Below are positions 24,091 through 36,827 of a stretch of DNA of 64,000 nt, in pieces. Every line of letters starts with the position of its first letter. The stretch's first letter is position 1. The stretch covers positions 124,001-188,000 of the forward strand of contig NIVC01001104.1 of assembly GCA_002269645.1 (NCBI GenBank), in the 5' to 3' direction. This stretch comes from Macrostomum lignano. Its lineage: Eukaryota. A program made the translations under genes and the position numbers. A model generated the notes under the pieces. That model was not told the origin of the DNA. It saw nothing but the letters and a program-made list of their open reading frames with translations, and made no database searches.

Positions 24091-25680
24091 TTCATTTTCC
24101 AATGAATGTTCAATGAAACGAGATACTTTTCAAAAGAAGTAGTGCGTCAACTTAACAAAAAATATTACTTTAGTTACTTCAAGAAAAAGTACTACTGATA
24201 ATTTACTTTAAGATTAGGACCTAATTTTTAGTTTTTGGTCTATTTTTATAGTAGTAAACATTTTCCGTGGCAATATTTGCCTTCTCCGGGATTTTATTTG
24301 GTATCCCGTAAAGTCTGTTATGTTTATGGTTTATACGAGATTATACATGCCCTTTAAATCTGATACTTAAGGCACCGAAAAGAAAACAGGGGTACCGAAA
24401 TGGAGGGTACCAAAAGGCTCAGGCACCAAAAAGGGCGTATACCCCAATTTTAATTGCCTTTTAAATTTGCTAAGCTTATTCGTTTGCAAAAAAACTTTTT
24501 ATTCAAATTTGCATTTTTAATGATTCACATGAAATATTTGCAAGTCACCAGCAGGAATTCTCAACTGAAGGATCCCTACCATAACTTACCTATCAATGTA
24601 AAATGATATTCAAGCTATTAAGGACCAAAAGCAGCTAGGAATCGAAGCAGGGTAAAAAATGACAAATAAACAAGTCATGAACGACTCATACATGGATTGC
24701 ATGGCCTTGCACTCGCAGAATTCAGGCAGTGGTACTGCGTGGATTTACCAGGATTTTCATACAAGGTGCCGCGGGCCGGATGGTGGCCGAGTCAATTTTG
24801 TGTTCTACCTAAATTTCCAATTTTGGAGGGGCCTTATAATTTCTTCAGTTTGGTCGACAGAGTGAATTAGTCAGTTGAGCTGTCGAGGGTCAAGCTGGTG
24901 ATCCAGGAGCTACAGTAATTTGGTTTCAACTGCATGGTCAGGGGGGCTGAGTGGGTCAAGCTGCTCAGAAGCTGACAAGCTGCCAAATAAAGTGGGTTGA
25001 GGCAAGGGAGCAGATCGTGGGTCAAAGTGCGTCAAGGGGGCTGATATAGGCGGTAGAATGCACGAGCTAAGGGCCAAAATCACGTACCAGAGGAAATTAA
25101 CACAGCTTAGTTTTCCAATACATGTACATGTAGGAACTACATTTATAGCACCATAAAAATTCGTTGTGGCGGCCCCTGTGCATTGTTTACTTCAATTTTT
25201 GTCGTCAATTATTCAATAGGCAGCTGAGCTAGTTTACTTTGAGAAGTGTTGTTCAGACCAGTTTTCTTATAGAGCAAATCTGCTATAGATAACTTTTTTC
25301 AATCACATCATTTTAACGCGCAACCTCCTAAAACATGAAATGTGTTTTAAGTTGTTTATTATTCTATTTGATTTTTTATTGGAAAGAATGGAAGGTTGAA
25401 AAAACAAAATTTTTGCTTCTTCTATAGTAAAAGGTTGAAGAATTACACCGGGTATATTTAATAACTACAGTGTATGCTATTTAGGCCTAGAATTTACTAT
25501 AATTTGTTTAGAGGTACTGATATACACTACTGATTTCGTAGGTACTGATTTCGCAAAGCATTCGTTTAAACGTAGTTTGTATTAGTTATTTAAAGAATTA
25601 AAACGCCTTAGTTTATGAAACATGGTTGAAATTGTTGATATGATTTCAGGAATAGGATTAAGTTTAATTATATCGACGCT

Positions 25681-26529
25681 TCACGGTGCGGTTTGACCAT
25701 CACCATCGACCACTGGAGCTGGCGGCTGCTGTTCAGTCTCCATTGGCAAGTCCTTCACATGCGGCTTCTCCTGGGCTGGCGGAGCCTCGAACGGCGCCAG
25801 AATGGTCAGCCGGCCGTCGTGACTGAGCTTGCTCGCCACCTGGTCCAGCTTGGTGCCGTCCGGCAGCTGGAAGATTCGCTCCAGCTTCTTGTACACCCGC
25901 TGCCCGCCGGCCTCCTCCTTGTGCTCCGCCTCAACCAGCACGCAGTCGCCCTGCTGTCTGACGCGAATCTCCTCCGGCTTGAACTCGCGCACGGACAGCT
26001 CGGCGCAGAATCGCTTGCCGCCCCCGTCGACATCTTCGACGTGGCCCATGGAGTCCTGGCTGATGTCCGGCGCTCTCAGTAACTCGCGCAGCTCATCCCA
26101 CACTGAGTTCTCCGTCTTCTGCTTCTGCAATTGCTGCTGCTGCTGGTCCCGAAGCTCCTCCTTGAACGGCGCCTGCAGTAGAAGAATTCCTTCTCTAGTA
26201 AATCCGCTGCTAAGCTTCTCAACATCAACGTCTTCTGGCACGTCGATGGTTCGCTTGACCTCAGTGACATCTTCGCCGTCCTCGTGGCGTGCCGCTATCC
26301 GCATCTTGCAGCCGTCTCGCTTCACCGACACCTCGCTGGGCTCGAAGCCTCGCAGGTCCACCGACCGAGTCCACTGGCGCGGCCGCTTCGGCCCGCGGCT
26401 CCTCAGCCGGTGCACCAGAGGGTCGTGGTGGGGCAGCAGGGCGTCGTCCAGCTCGCTTAGAGCTGCCAGCAAAGGCAGCGAATGCGAGAATGGAGTATAG
26501 ACGTTGCTAGGCGCTAGCCAGAGAGACAT
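25681..26529 (-). CDS. Small heat-shock protein with two tandem alpha-crystallin domains (p40/major egg antigen-like architecture), intronless, 282 aa
   Basis: Domain 1 VDLRGFEPSEVSVK...RTIDVPEDVDVEKLSSGFTREGILLLQAP; domain 2 LSVREFKPEEIRVR...ERIFQLPDGTKLDQVASKLSHDGRLTILAP. Confidence 0.93.
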   Translation of the reverse strand: MSLWLAPSNVYTPFSHSLPLLAALSELDDALLPHHDPLVHRLRSRGPKRPRQWTRSVDLRGFEPSEVSVKRDGCKMRIAARHEDGEDVTEVKRTIDVPEDVDVEKLSSGFTREGILLLQAPFKEELRDQQQQQLQKQKTENSVWDELRELLRAPDISQDSMGHVEDVDGGGKRFCAELSVREFKPEEIRVRQQGDCVLVEAEHKEEAGGQRVYKKLERIFQLPDGTKLDQVASKLSHDGRLTILAPFEAPPAQEKPHVKDLPMETEQQPPAPVVDGDGQTAP

Positions 26530-26612
26530 GCTGTTGTTGACTGGCGTATTATAATTGCTGATTTGAACAGTTCGGTGAAAACTTAACTTCTAAACACGAT
26601 GTGCTTTCTAGC

Positions 26613-26696
26613 TTAAATAGACTTGCTCTGACCTTCCAGAATATTCCAAATTGTAATGCGTTAAGAAAATTCTAGAATGTTCTTAAGTTGACGTGT
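26613..26696 (-). promoter_or_regulatory. sHSP promoter: TATA-like box, two perfect heat-shock elements and a CRE/ATF-like site
   Basis: TATTTAA on minus (26619-26613); TTCcaGAAtaTTC (26634-26646); GAAaaTTCtaGAAtgTTC (26665-26682); TGACGTG (~26689-26695). All lie 85-170 bp upstream of the sHSP ATG. Confidence 0.85.
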
Positions 26697-27059
26697 CTCA
26701 ACATATTAATCTTGTGAGGGCTACTTTAGCTACTAACAGTAGAAAAATTAGCAAAATGTCGTACATATTTTAGAATGCTTATATTTTCTCAAGAAAGACT
26801 AGATTTGTTTTCATTATAATTATAACTGATAAGTTAATCAGTTAAATCAATTTTTTTTTCTAAATTATTAAATCAGATATTAAAATAATGAGATCAACAA
26901 CGATTTAAAAGTACGGTACGCTTATAAATGATTCTCAATTCAATCAACATAAAAAACCGACCTTCTCATAAAAAGTCTGTAAGAGGTTTGTAAAAAGTCT
27001 AGTTAATAGATGGAACATTTTACGTACACGGTACACATCATTTTTAATGTAGAATTCAC

Positions 27060-27065
27060 AAAAAA
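27060..27065 (-). terminator. Pol III terminator (T6) of the 5S gene
   Basis: TTTTTT directly after the 5S 3' end on the minus strand. Confidence 0.85.
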
Positions 27066-27183
27066 GACAACGGCATTTGGTATTCCCAGGCGGTCACCCA
27101 TCCAAGTACTAACCAAACCCAACGTTGCTTAACTTCGGTGATCAGACGAGAACCGGTGTTTTCAACGTGGTATGGCCGTTGCC
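27065..27183 (-). rRNA. 5S: 5S rRNA gene, single copy in the window
   Basis: GGCAACGGCCATACC...CGAAGTTAAGC (box A)...AGTACTTGGATGGGTGACCGCCTGGGAATACC (box C)...CCGTTGTC; 119 nt, terminal stem pairs, AT-rich element at about -25 to -30. Confidence 0.97.
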
Positions 27184-27240
27184 ACTGGCTAATAGGAGCT
27201 TAGCTCATAATTAACCTGAACCTGCAGCTATACATAATAA

Positions 27241-27497
27241 CAGTAGTGGCGGCGCAGCACCAACTCCGATTAGAGGGGGTGGTTGTTGGGTGGTCACCCC
27301 CCCTTCGCCGGCGAATTTTTAGAGCATCGCATAAAATCTCACAAAAACGCATATAACGAGCTCGTACTAAAGAAATTATTGTGGGTCAGACCACGGAGGG
27401 ATGGGAGGTACATGTAAGTCACCACCCCCCAGGAGGGTAGGTAGGAGGTCGCCCGGGGGCAGCAGCACCCTCTGCCCCCCCCCCGGCGCCACCACTG
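27241..27497. mobile_element. Short MITE-like element
   Basis: Imperfect TIRs CAGTAGTGGCGGCG / CGGCGCCACCACTG with G/C runs inside; no clear TSD. Confidence 0.5.
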
Positions 27498-27894
27498 ATA
27501 CCTAATAGGTAGTACGCTTAATTACGGGGCGTCTCGTCTCATATATAAGAGCAACAGTTGGTGGTGATTGCAATTATTAACCAATAGCTAGCTCAACGCA
27601 AGTGCAGTGCAGTTCGACTTTTTAATTTTAATTAGCGCCATCCCATAAAAAAGTTGTACAATTGTACATGTACTCGTATATAGTCATAGAAGAGCAATTG
27701 ATCTAAAAAATACATTTCATTATGGCAAATCGATCCAAGAGATCGAGCCTGCACTGTGTACTGCACACCGCGATGCGCTCGCTGTATTATGTGTCTCTTG
27801 ATGCTGCTGGTGCGACTCGAGGGCGAATGAATAATCATTATTTATTGTACACACGGATAATTATTAATAATCAATTAATTTAGGCTTTGTTGGG

Positions 27895-28006
27895 TAGCCG
27901 CGGAAGCGCGGCTTGTCAAAAATTGAGTAGATCGCTCAATTGGATCCACGCGGTGTCTTACCATGCAAAATTAAGAGTCTTCGCAGTAAGAGACCGTCGG
28001 CATGGC
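27895..28006 (-). ncRNA. SL RNA: Spliced-leader (SL) RNA gene, flatworm type; predicted leader 28006..27962 (45 nt)
   Basis: Leader GCCATGCCGACGGTCTCTTACTGCGAAGACTCTTAATTTTGCATG then donor GTAAGA. Hairpin across the donor (GGTCTCTTAC/GTAAGACACC and TGCGAAG/TTTTGCA); stem-loop II GTGGATC/GATCTAC; Sm site AATTTTTG (27924-27917); terminal hairpin AGCCGCG-CTTC-CGCGGCT. The core closely resembles the Macrostomum SL as I recall it. The 5' end is inferred. Confidence 0.92.
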
Positions 28007-28133
28007 AAAGTGAAATTAGGTGGAACACACCAGCTGGCTCTAGCAAGGGCAACAGTTCTGCGCTTCAGCCGCGAGCCGTAAGCTGAATTATTTTTTTGTC
28101 CGATTTTTTCTACTTAAAGTACGCTACGCCGAC

Positions 28134-28490
28134 TAGGGGCAGAGGGAACGAACTTTTTTTATCTAAGGCCAAGGGCCAGACAAAGAAAGCAGCTCATGAC
28201 TGCGGACCAGAGGGGAGAGAAAAGGAGAAGGAATAATGGATAGAGGAGAATAGGAGATCCGAGATTCGAGATGACGGAAAGAGAAAAGGCGAGAGAGAAG
28301 ATGAGAGAAAGGATAAGAGGAGACAAGAAAGATTAGGAGAAAGGAGAGAGAGATGATAAGCAAGATGATAAGCCAAGGAGCGAAAATGAAAGCAGAGGGT
28401 GAGAAAAGAGGAGAGAAGAGACACAAACCTTGAGCGGGCCGGATTGCTATTGTGAAGTCTCAAAGGACCCGTGGGCCAGATAGAGTTTGA
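28134..28490 (+). mobile_element. hAT-like MITE (family copy 3) with GA core
   Basis: AAGGGCCAGAC...GA tract...AAACCTTGAGCGGGCCGGATTGCTATTGTGAAGTCTCAAAGGACCCG shared with the other copies. Confidence 0.7.
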
Positions 28491-28780
28491 GTGGTAACCT
28501 TGAGTGGTACCCCCCCCCCCTCCGTAATGCATGGCTCCCCGCCCATGCTCCAAAACAAGCTCCTTATCGCATTATACTACAAATTGTTGGGCCTCATTGG
28601 ACAGAATTTTATCCCGTAGAAATTCCAATTGCCAACAAATTGTAACTGGCCCAGCCAAACTGTCAGCCAGCCAATTAAACGCTAAAAATCTGCATGGGGT
28701 CGTCTTTATAAAATACGAATGCGTTACTAAACTGAATAATGGTAAAAGCTTGAAGCAACAATTCCATTCTAATTGAAAGC

Positions 28781-31626
<2,846 letters not shown>

Positions 31627-31724
31627 GCGTCTGTTTGACTGGGATTCGGGACTGCTGCTCTGCAGTTTAGTTTATCCTAAGATACTCACATGTTGGCAGA
31701 TTTATGACTAGGATAAAGTTTATT

Positions 31725-33960
31725 TACAGGTAATCATCAGTTAAGTGGTGGATTGATAGATAATCATCAGTTAATTTATAGATAATCCTCAGTTAGTTGA
31801 TCGATGATCCTCAGTTAATTGATCGATAATCCTCAGTTAATTGATATATAATCCTCGGTTAATTGATATATAATCCTCAGTTTATTTGATCGATAATCCT
31901 CAGTTAATTGATAGATAATCATCAGTTAATTGATAGATAATCCTCAGTTAATTGATAGATAATCCTCAGTTAATTGATAGATAATCCTCAGTTAATTGAT
32001 CGATAATCCTCAGTTAATTGATAGATAATCCTCAGTTAATTGATATATAATCCTTAGTTAATTGATAGATAATCCTCAGTTAATTGATAGATAATCCTCA
32101 GTTAATTGATAGATAATCCTCAGTTAATTGATAGATAATCCTCAGTTGATTGATATATAATCCTCAATTAGTTGTTCGATAATCCTCAGTTAGTTGTTCG
32201 ATAATCCTCAGTTAATTGATAGATAATCCTCAGTTAGTTAATTGATAGATAATCCTCAGTTAATTGATAGATAATCCTCAGTTAATTGATAGACAATCCT
32301 CAGTTAATTGATAGATAATCCTCAGTTAATTGATAGATAATCCTCAGTTAATTGATAGATAATCCTCAGTTAATTGATAGATAATCCTCAGTTAATTGAT
32401 AGATAATCCTCAGTTAATTGATATATAATCCTCAGTTAATTGATAGATAATCCTCAGTTAATTGATAGATAATCCTCAGTTAATTGATAGATAATCCTCA
32501 GTTAATTGATAGATAATCCTCAGTTAATTGATAGATAATCCTCAGTTAATTGATATATAATCCTCAGTTAATTGATATATAATCCTCAGTTAATAGATAT
32601 ATAATCCTCAGTTAATTGATAGATAATCCTCAGTTAATTGATAGATAATCCTCAGTTAATTGATAGATAATCCTCAGTTAATTGATATATAATCCTCAGT
32701 TAATTGATATATAATCCTCAGTTAATTGATATATAATCCTCAGTTAATTGATGTATAATCCTCAGTTAATTGATAGATAATCCTCAGTTAATTGATAGAT
32801 AATCATCAGTTAATTGATAGATAATCCTCAGTTCATTGATATATAATCCTCAGTTCATTGATATATAATCCTCAGTTAATTGATAGATAATCCTCAGTTA
32901 ATTGATATATAATCCTCAGTTAATTGATATATAATCCTCAGTTAATTGATAGATAATCCTCAGTTAATTGATATATAATCCTCAGTTAATTGATATATAA
33001 TCCTCAGTTAATTGATAGATAATCATCAGTTAGTTGACCGATAATCCCCAGTTAATTGATCGATAATCCTCAGTTAATTGATATATAATCCTCGGTTAAT
33101 TGATAGATAATCCTCAGTTCATTGATATATAATCCTCAGTTCATTGATATATAATCCTCAGTTAATTGATATATAATCCTCAGTTAATTGATAGATAATC
33201 ATCAGTTAGTTGATAGATAATCCCCAGTTAATTGATCGATAATCCTCAGTTAATTGATATATAATCCTCAGTTAATTTATAGATAATCCTCAGTTCATTG
33301 ATATATAATCCTCAGTTAATTGATATATAATCCTCAGTTAATTGATAGATAATCCTCAGTTAATTGATATATAATCCTCAGTTAATTGATAGATAATCCT
33401 CAGTTAATTTATAGATAATCCTCAGTTAATTGATATATAATCCTCAGTTAATTGATAGATAATCCTCAGTTAATTGATAGATAATCCTCAGTTAATTGAT
33501 ATATAATCCTCAGTTAATTGATATATAATCCTTAGTTAATTGATAGATAATCCTCAGTTAATTGATAGATAATCCTCAGTTAATTGATAGATAATCCTCA
33601 GTTAATTGATAGATAATCCTCAGTTAATTGATAGATAATCCTCAGTTAATTGATAGATAATTCTCAGTTAATTGATAGATAATCCTCAGTTAATTGATAG
33701 ATAATCCTCAGTTCATTGATATATAATCCTCAGTTAATTGATAGATAATCCTCAGTTAATTGATAGATAATCCTCAGTTAATTGATAGATAATCCTCAGT
33801 TAATTGATAGATAATCCTCAGTTAATTGATAGATAATTCTCAGTTAATTGATAGATAATCCTCAGTTAATTGATAGATAATCCTCAGTTCATTGATATAT
33901 AATCCTCAGTTAATTGATAGATAATCCTCAGTTAATTGATAGATAATTCTCAGTTAATTG
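31725..33960. repeat. 22 bp minisatellite (ATAATCCTCAGTTAATTGATAG)n, ~100 copies
   Basis: Starts about 100 bp after the Sox stop codon. Confidence 0.97.
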
Positions 33961-35029
33961 ACTACCTGTTGACTGTCATGTCGTGGATTACAAAATCAAA
34001 ATTTAATTTATAATGTTTTCAGTAACGTTAATGTGTCTTGGTGTCTTACTCTTATATTGTGAAATAAACTTCTTTTTTGCAAAAATATACCCAAGTACAC
34101 ATCTTATCAAACACAGCCGACAAAAGTTATGTCATTTGTTTTACTATTTATAATTATTAGAAAATTAAATACTCTCTCAGCAGCTGAGAGGAACAGGACA
34201 GAACAATAAAAAACTGCTCAAAATTCATGCCGCAAAAAAGTCTTAACGGATTGAGATAAATCAACAAAATCTATTGCGCATCGCAGCAATCGACTCCCCA
34301 ATTAGAAGAGGGGATCGCGGCGCCCCCCCCCCACAGAAGGATTGTAAATGAGTATTATATTAGGCAAGACAAAGAAAACCCAGTCTGGTATTATGCGCAA
34401 ACAATAGCACAGACTCAATGGGCTTTATTCAGCTTCCCAGCAGCAGTCAACTGTCTTGAAGAAGCCGCTGCTCACAATTGCAACAAAGCAGAGTTGCTTT
34501 TAATTGTTTCCAGAAATCGGCAGCAGAAACAGCAACAGCAGAAAAAATCAATTTAAAAAAATAGTTTTTATTTTCCACAGCTAACTGCTTTCCGCTGCAA
34601 GAAAAAATTGGCTACGAGAAAAACCCCTGAGCTGAGTGTGATCCGCTCCGCTGCGATGACTGCAGCTTGGTGGAGAACAATAACCTATTGTTTTCGCCAC
34701 CCATTGTGGAGCAAACCTTTGTCGGTGTAGAATCAACTGCTTTGTTATTTTGCCGTCTTCTTCAGTGCGCCCGCCGCCCTTGCATTCAAGCAGAATACTG
34801 TTTAGCATTGCCTGTACAGGTAAAAATATCCCAATTAACTTGGCATAAATGCATCGCGCCCACTCGGAACAGCTGGACCGTAGAAGGAGCAGTCATTTCA
34901 TTTCGATTTCAACGTTTTTTATTGTTTTCGGCCATTTCAAAAACGATCAAACGGGAGGCATTGAGACGGGAAAATAGGAGTTTAAAAACAGTGCAGCATG
35001 TTGAATAGCTGCAGAGAAGCATGAATTTG

Positions 35030-35425
35030 GTAGATAGCAGCTCACTGGAATTGGGGAGGGGCTGCAGCTCACTGGAATTGGAGAGGGGCTGCAGCTCACT
35101 GGAATTGGGGAGGGGCTGCAGCTCACTGGAATTGGGGAGGGGCTGCAGCTCACTGGAATTGGGGAAGGGCTGCAGCTCACTGGACTTGGGGAGGGGCTGC
35201 AGCTCACTGGAATTGGGGAGGGGCTGCAGCTCACTGCAATCAAGGAAAGGTTGCAGCTCATAGAATTGGGGAGGGGCTGCAGCTCACTGGAATTGGGGAG
35301 GGGCTGCAGCTCACTGCAATCAAGGAAAGGTTGCAGCTCATAGAATTGGGGAGGGGCTGCAGCTCACTGGAATTGGGGAGGGGCTGCAGCTCACTGGAAT
35401 TGGGGAGGGGCTGCAGCTCACTGGA
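35030..35425. repeat. 27 bp minisatellite (GCTGCAGCTCACTGGAATTGGGGAGGG)n
   Basis: About 14 copies. Confidence 0.93.
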
Positions 35426-35650
35426 ACAGGGGGGGGGTGCTACAGCTACAGCTAGGTGACAAGATGTTGAACGAGCAGCTACATGTAGCTAATAAGCATA
35501 TATAAAGTTCTGGCACGTAAGCATTGAGGAATCAAAACACAGATTAATGACGTTATATTCTAGCTTTACATGTAAATCCTGATCACACAACTTTAGCGAC
35601 ATTTTAATCAGAATTAAGCACACAGAATCTTTTAAAAAGTTAAACGAACG

Positions 35651-35911
35651 TCACGCTCTGTTTTCTGTCACAGAATCCTGGTCGTGCTGCATCTCCTGGA
35701 AGCGAGCCTTCACTTTGTTTCTGAGCACGTTCTGCCTTCTGTGAAGTAGAATTCGCTGGTAAAGCAGCACAAGATTTTCCAGAGTGACAATCAGCAGTAG
35801 GAGCAGTAGGATAACCAGAACTACAATGACCAGTGGCTGCTTGTAGAATACATAGTCTGCAGTCTTCTCCTTTGTGCTGAGGCTATAAAACTCTTTTATG
35901 CTGAATGACAT
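35651..35911 (-). CDS. Small single-pass membrane protein, 86 aa, unidentified
   Basis: ATG at 35911 (AT-rich sequence upstream). One hydrophobic stretch PLVIVVLVILLLLLIVTL followed by the basic segment RILLHRRQNVLRNKVKARF. Non-repetitive, coding-like composition. Confidence 0.6.
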   Translation of the reverse strand: MSFSIKEFYSLSTKEKTADYVFYKQPLVIVVLVILLLLLLIVTLENLVLLYQRILLHRRQNVLRNKVKARFQEMQHDQDSVTENRA

Positions 35912-36664
35912 GGCGATTTTTTGCTTTTTAAACCAATGATTTATAATTGCATGAATGATTAAGTAATGCACGTGTCTTACCGTTCAAATTTATGAAAAGT
36001 TTGGTCTGGAAGTCTATGGTGAAAATCGTTGACGTACGAATGTAAAGATTTAATGTGCTACTTTTTGTGTTTTTTTAACCAATTTGGTTTCACTGGTGCT
36101 TGATAGAATTGGTACACGCTCATATAGGTGTCAACTGTGATAATTAGGTCATAGGGATCCATAGGGACTTAGTGGATGTCATAGGGATCCATAGGGACTT
36201 AGTGGATGATAGGGATCCATAGGGACTTAGTGGAGGTCGTAGGGATCCATAAGGACTTTGGGGAAGGGATCCATACGACTTATCATATATTCTTTTAGCG
36301 ATCGTATTCCAGGTAGAGTAAAATTATCTAGAAATTTGAGTAGAAAACAGCAGAATTTCAACAACCCTTGCGGGACAGCACTGGGGCGTTTCCGTCCTTA
36401 CCAACCGGTTTCCCGTAAAATCCCGTAAAAGAGTCGTATCTAATAACCGAACCAGTATTTTAAACAGTTTTGTAATAGTTAGCCAAGCAGAGGGGCGGGT
36501 GGGGCTGCGTCAGAAAGAGATTCTTGGCATTCTTCGCCTCACAATGAAAAGATGTTTACTTATCAGACCCATCTGTGTGCCCATGCTTGGTAAAGAATAA
36601 GACAGATAGCTATTCTACACAGAATAATACTTTGGTCTAAGCTAAGCGCCAAGCTTGCTCACCT

Positions 36665-36695
<31 letters not shown>

Positions 36696-36827
36696 TCTAT
36701 AGAACAAAAAGTCTAGAAAAATGGATAGAAATAAAAACGACGACTGTGAATAGTAGGCGCAGGGGTCAACCTAGCTCACAGCCTGCACTCGGTTGTTTTA
36801 GCTTCTAACAAGCTTTCAAGCCTAGAT

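Noticed and set aside
24640-25060. GC-richer island with short open frames between the LINE and the sHSP
   Set aside because: No consistent frame, splice pair or recognisable motif could be supported.
34380-34820. Possible minus-strand exon (tgtacag|GCA ATG CTA AAC...)
   Set aside because: Acceptor is plausible, but downstream joins hit stops quickly and nothing is recognisable; left uncalled.
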